Assembly: GCA_043808785.1 (NCBI GenBank)
Contig: JAZDEL010000001.1
Coordinates: 150,001-182,000 of the forward strand
From: Candidatus Iainarchaeum sp.
GTDB lineage: Archaea > Iainarchaeota > Iainarchaeia > Iainarchaeales > JAZDEL01
Direction of reading: 5' to 3'
Length of the DNA stretch: 32,000 nucleotides
Shown: in pieces, positions 1 to 6,956 of the stretch
How positions within the stretch are numbered: position 1 is the stretch's first letter
Layout of the letters: the number at the start of each line of letters is the position of its first letter
Program-made: the position numbers and the translations under genes
The notes under the pieces: model-generated
Seen by the model: the letters and a program-made list of their open reading frames with translations, nothing else
What the model was told of the DNA's origin: nothing
Database searches by the model: none

Positions 1-211
1 CAACTATGTCTATTCCCGTGTGGGGGTCGATTATAAGCCTCAGTTTTTCGCGGATTTTTGCCTCTGTGCCGCCCGCGGCGGAACCCGCCTTTGCCCTGCC
101 GCCCTTTGCAGCGGGCTTTGCCGAACCCCTGCCTGTATGCCCTGCTTTCGCCCTGCCCTTTGCCGAACCAGCCTTAACCCTGCGGGTCCTTGTTTTCCTT
201 TTCGAAGCCAT
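1..211 (-). CDS. DUF59 (MIP18/SUF FeS-assembly type) domain protein, N-terminal part only, continues past window start; carries a K/R/G/A-rich basic N-terminal tail
   Basis: Reverse-strand ATG at 211-209, preceded by GAGGTGG (complement of 219-225, 7-nt spacer). Own translation: MASKRKTRTRRVKAGSAKGRAKAGHTGRGSAKPAAKGGRAKAGSAAGGTEAKIREKLRLIIDPHTGIDIV. The I..L..V.DP.....IV pattern is the start of DUF59. The ORF is open to position 1, so it is absent from the ORF track. Confidence 0.5.
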   Translation of the reverse strand, partial: MASKRKTRTRRVKAGSAKGRAKAGHTGRGSAKPAAKGGRAKAGSAAGGTEAKIREKLRLIIDPHTGIDIV

Positions 212-300
212 GATATAACCACCTCTTGAATCCCTTTAAACTTAACGCTTTTGCAGGTATTTGTGGCAGTTTCCTACAAACTGCTTAAATATCTGCGGAA

Positions 301-1008
301 ATGCTTAAATACTTCATTTACTGTTCCTTATACGCGGCAGGAACAAACTTTTTAGCAAGACTGCGGCGCCTCCTTCCGAAAGGCAAGTCAAATACTTCGG
401 AAACAGGTATTGTTAAACGGGAGGGCAAACAAGGCGGTGATGAGCGCAGTAGTGGGAAAAAAGGTCAGTACGCCCCCGAGGGCTGGATTAAAGATGTTGT
501 GTTAGCCATGGGCAAGTTTCCGCTCGAAGAGACCCAAAATCACGCACATGTTGTCATGGATGCCCTGAAGTCCAAAGAAGTAGGCTGGGGTAAAGTTCGC
601 CCCTCGATAGAATACTTAAAAGAATTTATTGCACAAATTGAGAGAGTTGGCGAGGAATCCGGAAAATCAGGCAGGAACTTTCTCAGGTCGGGGGCAGTGG
701 TGCCTGCGGAATTCGCCCCTTTGCTTGAACGGGTTGTCTGGGTGACGGATGAGTGCGAGATGCTGGTCGAGCGTGTCAGGAGAAAAAAGGGGGTTGATGA
801 TGACATTACCGCGCGCGCAAGGCTGCCGAAGGGAACGCAATGTGGACAGGCGATACGAAGGCGCGGAAGAGCGCAGAAGCAGTCACAAAAAAGTGACAAA
901 AATCGTGAATTATGGCGGTTAAGCCTCTTCGGATTTTTGCCCTCTCCCAAACTATTTAAAGGTTTCTTATTTGAATATATCAGCCGGTTCAGCGGGGGAG
1001 TAGCTTAG
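301..1008 (+). CDS. hypothetical protein, doubtful (possibly degraded)
   Basis: 235-aa ORF with no motif I recognise. Its last 15 nt overlap tRNA-Ile on the same strand, and the tRNA TATA box (953-960) lies inside it. The ATG at 301 sits inside a duplicated tgcttaaata TATA-like box (283-292, 302-311). Confidence 0.3.
   Translation: MLKYFIYCSLYAAGTNFLARLRRLLPKGKSNTSETGIVKREGKQGGDERSSGKKGQYAPEGWIKDVVLAMGKFPLEETQNHAHVVMDALKSKEVGWGKVRPSIEYLKEFIAQIERVGEESGKSGRNFLRSGAVVPAEFAPLLERVVWVTDECEMLVERVRRKKGVDDDITARARLPKGTQCGQAIRRRGRAQKQSQKSDKNRELWRLSLFGFLPSPKLFKGFLFEYISRFSGGVA
953..960 (+). promoter_or_regulatory. TATA box (tatttaaa) for tRNA-Ile
   Basis: A/T box about 37 nt upstream of the mature tRNA 5' end at 994, consistent with a short leader. 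Confidence 0.4.
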
Positions 1009-1068
1009 CCTGGTTGGAGCATTCGGCTGATAACCGAAAGGTCGTGAGTTCAAATCTCATCTCCCCCA
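994..1068 (+). tRNA. tRNA-Ile (anticodon GAU at 1029-1031), 75 nt, no intron, CCA not encoded
   Basis: Hand-folded cloverleaf. Acceptor GGGGGAG/CTCCCCC; D stem GCTT/GAGC; anticodon arm TTCGG-CTGATAA-CCGAA; variable AGGTC; T arm GTGAG-TTCAAAT-CTCAT; discriminator A. Confidence 0.9.
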
Positions 1069-1129
1069 CTTAGGTGCAGGTTAGTAGGGCTGCAAGCCGT
1101 ACGGATCACGCCCGGATCCTTCCGGGCTT

Positions 1130-1148
1130 AAATCTCATCCCCCCCACT
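1130..1148 (+). repeat. direct repeat of the tRNA-Ile 3' end (18/19 nt identical to 1052-1070)
   Basis: aaatctcatcCcccccact at 1130-1148 versus aaatctcatcTcccccact at 1052-1070. Preceded by a perfect 7-bp hairpin gcccgga-tcct-tccgggc (1110-1127). Confidence 0.7.
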
Positions 1149-1189
1149 CCGGATTTTCGGTTAGGCAAGGAACCCGCCAAACCGCGCCG

Positions 1190-1203
1190 TTTTTTTGGTT
1201 TTT
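1190..1203 (+). terminator. oligo-T tract downstream of tRNA-Ile
   Basis: T7 run at 1190-1196 followed by ggttttt. Archaeal terminators are T tracts. Confidence 0.3.
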
Positions 1204-1732
1204 ATAGCTCTTCCCAAACTTCCGCGAAGTTATCCACCATCTCATCGAGGAAGCTCTTCCTGTGCTCCACAATGAGTTCCGCTGTTTTGCCCTTGTCCGT
1301 GAGGTAGAAAAAGCTCTTCCTCCCCCGCCTGCGCTTTTCAACAATCTTCGCCTCAATAAGCTTGTTCAGGTGCCACGAGGTTGTCGGCGGGGAGAGGCCG
1401 ACAGCCTTTGAAATCGAAAGGTTGTTGGACCTTTTGTGCGTGAGCAGGTGCAGCACTATCTTGCGTATGCTATCCTGCCTCAGGAGCGACATTTCCTTTC
1501 CCTGTTCGCCCAATTGCTTGCCCCTTACCGAAAAATATCGGACGAACTTCCCGTCTTTCTCCGCCCTCAAAAGCTGGCTCTTCCGCAGGAATTCCAAATG
1601 ATACTGAAGCGCCCCTACCCCGACGCCTGTCCTGCGCTGTATTTCGCGGAAGTGCAGTGCGGGTGATTTATCTATAGTTTCGTAAATCTTCCTGCGCACA
1701 TCTAAAGCGAGCGCGGAGTCATCCTCTTCCAT
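1202..1732 (-). CDS. transcriptional regulator with two winged helix-turn-helix (ArsR/MarR-like) domains
   Basis: Two wHTH-like segments: ..HFREIQRRTGVGVGALQYHLEFLRKSQLL.. and ..LSISKAVGLSPPTTSWHLNKLIEAKIVEK... The track start at 1741 is GTG. An ATG at 1732 lies 9 nt after the stop of the upstream gene. Confidence 0.8.
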   Translation of the reverse strand: MEEDDSALALDVRRKIYETIDKSPALHFREIQRRTGVGVGALQYHLEFLRKSQLLRAEKDGKFVRYFSVRGKQLGEQGKEMSLLRQDSIRKIVLHLLTHKRSNNLSISKAVGLSPPTTSWHLNKLIEAKIVEKRRRGRKSFFYLTDKGKTAELIVEHRKSFLDEMVDNFAEVWEEL

Positions 1733-1741
1733 TGGCGGCAC

Positions 1742-2227
1742 CTACTTCCTGAATATCGCAAAGAACAGGGTTGCCAGTATGGCAAGTTCAAAAACATTCT
1801 CCGCAGGGTCGGCAAGGAAACTGCCTGGTGAAATGTACATATCTATTATTTTTATGCCCCACTTGAGCGCGAAGAAAAAGAACGCAAGCGCCACAAAAGT
1901 CAGGCGTGCCGAGCCCTTTTTCCGCATTGCGAGCAGCGCAACGGAGAGCATTGCCAGCGAAAGAATGAAAACCAGCAGCTTTATGTAAAGGTCGAAGCCG
2001 TTCGCGGCATCCGCAAGCGGCCTGAGGAAATCCCAGGGATATTGAAGCACAGTTGCAATCAAGCGAAAACCTCCGATTATTGTACAACCAAAAAAAAGAT
2101 AAAAGGGGTTGCCCTTTCGTGAGGTGAAGCGGGCAAAACCTTTTAGGGGGGTTGGAGGGGTTTTTAACCCCCCCGACTTAGTTTCCATGAAAGGATGGCA
2201 TGAACTATACCTATTGCTCCCTGGCAT
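1742..2227 (-). CDS. small multi-pass membrane protein, co-oriented and abutting the regulator gene
   Basis: 3-4 hydrophobic helices (LYIKLLVFILSLAMLSVALLAM, LTFVALAFFFFAL, VFELAILATLFFAIF). Stop TAG at 1742-1744 directly precedes the regulator start. The 5' end is uncertain: the TATA-like box at 2228-2240 abuts the ATG at 2227, so the real start may be ATG 2188 or further in. Confidence 0.55.
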   Translation of the reverse strand: MPGSNRYSSCHPFMETKSGGLKTPPTPLKGFARFTSRKGNPFYLFFGCTIIGGFRLIATVLQYPWDFLRPLADAANGFDLYIKLLVFILSLAMLSVALLAMRKKGSARLTFVALAFFFFALKWGIKIIDMYISPGSFLADPAENVFELAILATLFFAIFRK

Positions 2228-2240
2228 TTATAAATAAATT

Positions 2241-2287
2241 TTGGTACAAGGGGGGAAGAGTGGTACAATCCTGAAAATTGGTACAAT
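2241..2287 (-). promoter_or_regulatory. three direct repeats tGGTACAAt upstream of a TATA-like box (2228-2240); candidate regulator binding sites
   Basis: ttggtacaag 2241-2250, gtggtacaat 2260-2269, ttggtacaat 2278-2287 (spacing 19 and 18 nt). On the minus strand they lie just upstream of aatttatttataa. Confidence 0.35.
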
Positions 2288-2340
2288 GGCGGAATTGGCG
2301 GTTTTTGGTGCCGCTCTGTTGTGCCAAATTGCCTGTATGC

Positions 2341-3114
2341 CTATGCCTTAGCGCCCAAGGCGCGCAGGAGTTCCGAATGTACCCTTCCATTCGAGGCAAC
2401 AATGTGCCCCTTGAAAATATCGTAAGGCTTCCCCGCGAAGTCAGTTGTCTTCCCCCCTGCTTCGCGCACAATTATCGAGGCAGCGGCTGTGTCATATGGC
2501 TTCAGGGAATGGTGGAAAAATGCGTCAATTCTCCCGCATGCGATGTGGCAGAGTTCAAGTGCCGCTGCTCCCGAAGTGCGCATGCCCTGGGAGCGGGTGA
2601 GTATGGCTGAATACTGCCGCATGGTAATGCGGCTCTTTTTGCCGCGTTCATACGGGAAGTCAGCGCCGACAAGGCAGTCAATCAGCTTCGCGTGCGAGGA
2701 CACGCCTATGCGCCTGCCGTTTAGCGTTGCACCCCCGCTCTTCTGCGCGCTGAACATCTCGCCCCTTATCGGGTCATATACAACGCCCAGCAGAGCCTCC
2801 CCGCCCTTGTAAAGCCCTATTGAAATGCAGAAAAAAGGGTTCGCGTGCGAGAAATTTGTGGTGCCGTCTATGGGGTCAATTACCCAAACCCTGCCGTCCT
2901 GCGGGTTTTTCGCGTGCCCCTCCTCAAGTATGAATCCGTGCTGCGGGAACTTTTTCTCAAGTGCCGCACAAATCATGCGCTCCGCCTTTACATCCGCATC
3001 TGTCACCAGGTCGACCCTGCCCTTGTGCCTCACAGTAAGGCGCGAGCCGAAACGCCTGAGTACAAGGTTACCGGCTTTCCTTGCGGCGGCTTCAGCTGCC
3101 TTAAGTTCGTCCAT
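2341..3114 (-). CDS. suhB: inositol monophosphatase / fructose-1,6-bisphosphatase family protein
   Basis: IMPase family signature WVIDPIDGTTNF plus ..EE.. and ..GAAALELC.. motifs. 257 aa, ATG start. Confidence 0.9.
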   Translation of the reverse strand: MDELKAAEAAARKAGNLVLRRFGSRLTVRHKGRVDLVTDADVKAERMICAALEKKFPQHGFILEEGHAKNPQDGRVWVIDPIDGTTNFSHANPFFCISIGLYKGGEALLGVVYDPIRGEMFSAQKSGGATLNGRRIGVSSHAKLIDCLVGADFPYERGKKSRITMRQYSAILTRSQGMRTSGAAALELCHIACGRIDAFFHHSLKPYDTAAASIIVREAGGKTTDFAGKPYDIFKGHIVASNGRVHSELLRALGAKA

Positions 3115-3135
3115 CAGAAAAACCCGCAGAAGTTA

Positions 3136-4440
3136 TCAGGGTTTCCACCTTGCCATTGTGCGCGGGAAAGGTATCGCGTCCTTTATGTTCTCAAGGCCGC
3201 ATATCCATGCAAGCACGCGCTCTACCCCGACACCGTAGCCCGAGTGCGGCACGCTGCCGTACCTGCGGAGGTCGAGGTACCATTCGTAATTTGCCGGGTC
3301 CTCGCCCTGCGCCTTGAGCGCCTTCTCAAGTTCCTTTATGTCCGTGTCGCGCTGGCTGCCGCCGATTATTTCCCCGTAACCCTCGGGGGCAAGCATGTCG
3401 AAGCACAGCGCGGTCTTTGCGTCCTTCGGGTCGCGCTTCTTGTAAAACGCCATTATCTCCTTCGGGTAATTCGTAACTGCAACAGGCGTGTCGAAGTGCT
3501 TCATTATGAGGTCTTCCTCTATCGTCCTGAGGTCCTTTCCCCATGGCACATTCTTGTGCTCCTTCTCCTTCAGGATTTTCAGCGCATCCGTGTATGTTAT
3601 TGTCGGGAACTCGCTCTTTGCGGCCTTCTCGAGCTTTTTCACGTCCCTGCCGAGCAGTTCGAGCTCCGCGCGGTTGTGCTCAAGCACTTCCTCCAGGATG
3701 AACCTGATTTCATCCTTGGCAATCTGTATAAGTTCCGGCAGTTCAACCCATGCTGCCTCCATTTCCGCCATCCAGAATTCGGAAAGGTGCCTTGAGGTCT
3801 TTGAGCGCTCCGCCCTGAACGTCGGCCCCACGTCGTAAACCTTCTCAAGCGCGAATATTGCGGCTTCCGCATACAGCTGCCAGCTCTGCGTCAGGTATGT
3901 CTTTTCCTTGTAATATTTCACCTCGAAAAGCGTGCTTCCCCCTTCGCACTGGTTCGGCTGGAGTATGGGCGGGTCGAATTCGTAATAGCCGCGCTCGCGG
4001 AAGAATTTGTGTATTGCCCCGACCATTGTGCTGCGGATTTTCATCACCGCAGTGAGGTGCCTGCTCCTCAGCCAGAGGTGCCTCTTGTCCATCAAAAACT
4101 CGGTGCTCTGGTCCTTTGTTATCGGGTATGGCTCTGCAAGGTTCACAACCTCGAGCGCCTCGACATCGAGTTCAACCCCCGTGGGCGCGCGTTCATCCGC
4201 CTTGAGCGTCCCTTCCACCTCGACAGATGATTCGATAAGCAGCTTCTCAGCCTCGGCCCACAACTTTCCCCCTGCCTTATCCTTCTTCACAACGCACTGG
4301 ATTATGTTCGATGAATCGCGGAGCACGATGAACTTCATCGCGTTGGAGCCGCGCTCCCTGTAAACCCAGCCGCGAATTGCGACCTTTCCTGTTTTCTTGT
4401 TTATGGCTTCCTGCACGGAAATAAATTTCCCGCCCTTCAC
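3136..4440 (-). CDS. asnS: asparaginyl-tRNA synthetase (class IIb)
   Basis: OB-fold N-terminus (VAIRGWVYRERGSNAMKFIVLRDSS.IIQCV). Class II motifs FRAERSKTSRHLSEFWMAEME, GGSQR, GYGVGVERVLAWICGLENIKDAIPFPR. The track start at 4554 is TTG and overlaps aspS by 59 nt. GTG 4440 gives a normal N-terminus. Confidence 0.9.
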   Translation of the reverse strand: MKGGKFISVQEAINKKTGKVAIRGWVYRERGSNAMKFIVLRDSSNIIQCVVKKDKAGGKLWAEAEKLLIESSVEVEGTLKADERAPTGVELDVEALEVVNLAEPYPITKDQSTEFLMDKRHLWLRSRHLTAVMKIRSTMVGAIHKFFRERGYYEFDPPILQPNQCEGGSTLFEVKYYKEKTYLTQSWQLYAEAAIFALEKVYDVGPTFRAERSKTSRHLSEFWMAEMEAAWVELPELIQIAKDEIRFILEEVLEHNRAELELLGRDVKKLEKAAKSEFPTITYTDALKILKEKEHKNVPWGKDLRTIEEDLIMKHFDTPVAVTNYPKEIMAFYKKRDPKDAKTALCFDMLAPEGYGEIIGGSQRDTDIKELEKALKAQGEDPANYEWYLDLRRYGSVPHSGYGVGVERVLAWICGLENIKDAIPFPRTMARWKP

Positions 4441-4495
4441 TGCACCGCCCCCCGCACCGAACCCTTTCTCCCCTCGCCCGTTTTTTGTTTCACGC

Positions 4496-5839
4496 TCATG
4501 GCACAACCCTCTCCGTGTCCCTCGGGAAGAGCACGGCTTCGCGGATGTTCTCAAGCCCTAGCAATTGCTGGGTTATGCGCTCTATGCCTATCGCAAACCC
4601 GCCGTGCCTCGGCACGCCGTATTTGAAGAATTTTGTGAACCACTCAACGCTCTGCCTGCTTACGCTTTTCTCATCAACCTGCTTCATAAGGTTGCCATAC
4701 CTGTGCTCCCTCTGCCCGCCGCTGCTGAGTTCCATGCCGCGGTAATAAAGGTCAATGCTCCTTGCCCATTCAGGTTCCGCATCAACGCGCATGACGTAGA
4801 ATGGTTTTTTCGCAAAGGGGAAGCGGTTTATGAAATAAAATTCCGTGCCGTATTTCTTCTTCACGTGCTCCCGGAGTAGGGATTCCGCTTCCGCGTCAAT
4901 GTCCTCTCCGTGCGCAATCTTTTTGCCCGCATGCTTCAGGATTTCATAAATCTTCGGGAACCTGAGTTCGGGGAAAGGCGCCTTTGGCACCTCCAGCTTC
5001 ACGCCGAACATTTCAAGCTCGCGCGCGCAGTCCTTCTTTGCCCTGCCCAGCATAGCGCACACCATCTCCGCCTGCACCCTTTCCACCTCGATCTCATCCC
5101 CGAGGAATGCCCATTCAACGGCAATTGTCCTGTGCTCGCAGAGGTGCTTCACAGTGTGGCTTTTCTCCGCGCGCCAGCTCGGCCCTATATCATACAATTT
5201 TTCCACGCCGCCCGCAATTGTCAGCTGCCTGTGCAATTGCGGATCCTGCCTGAGGTATGCCTTCTTTCCATAAAATGCAACTTCAAAAACATCCGCACCG
5301 CTCTCGCTTGCAGTGCCCATCAGGCAGGGCGTGAACACCTGCAGGAAGCCGTGTTCGTTCAGGTATTCCTGCGCGCCCTGTATGAGTTTCGCCTGCACCC
5401 TGAAAACCGCTGCATTCTTCGGCTGGCGAAGGTCGATGCTGCGCCAATCAAGCCTTGCGCTCAGGTCGCTTTCGATTTTTCCCGAAATATCCAAAGGCAC
5501 AGGTGCGTGCGCAGCGGAAATAATTTCCACATGCTCGGGCAAAATCTCAAATCCCCCCTCAGCCTGCGCGGATTTCTGCACTGTGCCGTGGATAAGGACA
5601 ACGGACTCCTTCGTCAGGCTTGAGAGCGCATCAAATATTGCCTTATCCGTTTTCGCTGCATGGGCGGTTACCTGCACCCTCCCTTTTGCATCACGCAGTT
5701 TCACAAAAACAAGCTTTCCGAAAGCGCGGACATCGTTAACCCAGCCCCCGACAAGCGCTTTTTTGCCGTGCATCTTGGGCGTTATCTCATCCGAGAGCAA
5801 TCTTCCCTGCTTTGGTTCTTTTCCCGCCATATGGTTCAT
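4496..5839 (-). CDS. aspS: aspartyl-tRNA synthetase, archaeal type
   Basis: OB-fold N-terminus (LVGGWVNDVRAFGKLVFVKLRDAKGRVQV). Motifs FRAEKSHTVKHL, GGQREHR, GGFAIGIERITQQLLGLENIREAVLFPRDTERVVP. Confidence 0.9.
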   Translation of the reverse strand: MNHMAGKEPKQGRLLSDEITPKMHGKKALVGGWVNDVRAFGKLVFVKLRDAKGRVQVTAHAAKTDKAIFDALSSLTKESVVLIHGTVQKSAQAEGGFEILPEHVEIISAAHAPVPLDISGKIESDLSARLDWRSIDLRQPKNAAVFRVQAKLIQGAQEYLNEHGFLQVFTPCLMGTASESGADVFEVAFYGKKAYLRQDPQLHRQLTIAGGVEKLYDIGPSWRAEKSHTVKHLCEHRTIAVEWAFLGDEIEVERVQAEMVCAMLGRAKKDCARELEMFGVKLEVPKAPFPELRFPKIYEILKHAGKKIAHGEDIDAEAESLLREHVKKKYGTEFYFINRFPFAKKPFYVMRVDAEPEWARSIDLYYRGMELSSGGQREHRYGNLMKQVDEKSVSRQSVEWFTKFFKYGVPRHGGFAIGIERITQQLLGLENIREAVLFPRDTERVVP

Positions 5840-5944
5840 CCCCTTTGCTTAACCATCCTTATTTTTGCCAATCTATATTGGTGTTTAATGTATAAAAAAC
5901 AAATGCCCCGCCCAAGGTTGCGCGATTTTGCGCAAGTGCGGGGT

Positions 5945-6247
5945 TCAATTGGAGCAATTGCAGCTGCTGCCCTGGTTTATAACCGACTTGAAAAATCCCG
6001 CTACAAAGCCGAGCATTGCCCCTATTGCGGGAAGGTCGGGGTTGGTTACGCCAACCTGTGCAAATCCCGAAACAACAAGCGCGCCGAGCACGGGCACGAT
6101 TGAAAGTATTAGCCCCGTAACCGCGCCCATGAGCGCGCCTATAATCGCGAAGAAAAAGATTGCGATTATCCCCAATATCGCCACTGTTGCGCCTATTGCA
6201 GCAGCGCCTATTGCAGCAAGCAGTGCCCCAGCAATTCTCAGTGCCAT
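5945..6247 (-). CDS. small Gly/Ala-rich membrane protein (100 aa)
   Basis: ATG start and three hydrophobic G/A/I-rich helices. Co-oriented with aspS, 105 nt upstream of it. Confidence 0.5.
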   Translation of the reverse strand: MALRIAGALLAAIGAAAIGATVAILGIIAIFFFAIIGALMGAVTGLILSIVPVLGALVVSGFAQVGVTNPDLPAIGAMLGFVAGFFKSVINQGSSCNCSN

Positions 6248-6300
6248 AATACCGCATTTAGCATGATGCGTAACCTTTTTTTATGTTTCCGTTCATCCAA

Positions 6301-6357
6301 TTTCAGGCAAATGCGCTGTTTATTTTCCCTGCGCGGTTTTCCGTTATTTGCCTGAAA
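6301..6357. promoter_or_regulatory. 12-bp inverted repeat tttcaggcaaat / atttgcctgaaa with a 33-nt spacer, in a divergent intergenic region
   Basis: Arms at 6301-6312 and 6346-6357 are perfect reverse complements. Confidence 0.3.
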
Positions 6358-6389
6358 ATCCGCGGAAATTTGAAAAACAAAACGATAGG

Positions 6390-6416
6390 TATTTAAAATC
6401 ATGATACTATCATGAT
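6390..6416 (+). promoter_or_regulatory. TATA box (tatttaaaa, 6390-6398) overlapping a perfect 9-bp-arm palindrome ATCATGATA-c-TATCATGAT (6398-6416); candidate operator
   Basis: TATA centre is 28 nt upstream of ATG 6422 (leaderless geometry). The palindrome fills the TATA-to-start interval. Confidence 0.4.
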
Positions 6417-6421
6417 ACAGC

Positions 6422-6898
6422 ATGAACAGTCATGAGAGCGGGGAAAAGGTTATAAAGGAAAGCGTCCAGCGAACCCAGCCCGAAGGGTTCGACACAATAA
6501 CCATGGACATCGCACAGATAAGGGAGCAGAGCAAGGACCCTTTCTTCATTTCAATGCTGCTTTACAAGGTAGCAAAGGAGCGCGAGGAGACAAACAGGCT
6601 GCTCGGCAGCATAAATGAAAAATACGACAGGATAATGTTCGAACTCAAGACAGGGGAAATGGACAAAACCGCATTGTTCCCCTCAAAGGAGACGGAGTTC
6701 GAAACCCTGCCCGAACAGGACCAGCTGATAGTGAAATATATCGGCCAGAAGGGCAGTGCGAACGCCAAGGATATTCAGGAAGTGATGCATTACAAGGGTT
6801 TGAACGCGGCATCGCAGAGGCTGAACAAATTATACAAGGAAGGCTACCTTAAGAAAGTGCAGAGCGGCAAGCAGGTAATGTACCTGGTCAGGGGCTGA
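6422..6898 (+). CDS. DNA-binding protein with C-terminal winged helix (MarR-like) domain
   Basis: C-terminal segment QDQLIVKYIGQKGSANAKDIQEVMHYKGLNAASQRLNKLYKEGYLKKVQSGKQVMYL has the wHTH pattern. ATG start. Confidence 0.65.
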   Translation: MNSHESGEKVIKESVQRTQPEGFDTITMDIAQIREQSKDPFFISMLLYKVAKEREETNRLLGSINEKYDRIMFELKTGEMDKTALFPSKETEFETLPEQDQLIVKYIGQKGSANAKDIQEVMHYKGLNAASQRLNKLYKEGYLKKVQSGKQVMYLVRG

Positions 6899-6956
6899 GT
6901 GCCGGGAAAGTTGCCAAGGGCAGAATGCCGAGAAAATTTTATGGAATTGCGCTTGC

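Noticed and set aside
1071-1148. Second tRNA or a Nanoarchaeum-style split-tRNA 3' half downstream of tRNA-Ile
   Set aside because: There is no complementary 5' acceptor strand and no 5-bp T stem around the TTAAATC segment. The gcccgga/tccgggc hairpin has 7 bp and a 4-nt loop, which is not tRNA-like. I interpret the region as a partial duplication instead.
2845-3795. 316-aa plus-strand ORF, plus similar long ORFs at 3488-3838, 4007-4363, 4910-5623 and 5313-5852
   Set aside because: They are antisense shadows of suhB, asnS and aspS. The minus-strand frames carry unmistakable family motifs. The plus-strand products are R/L/V/H-rich with no motifs.
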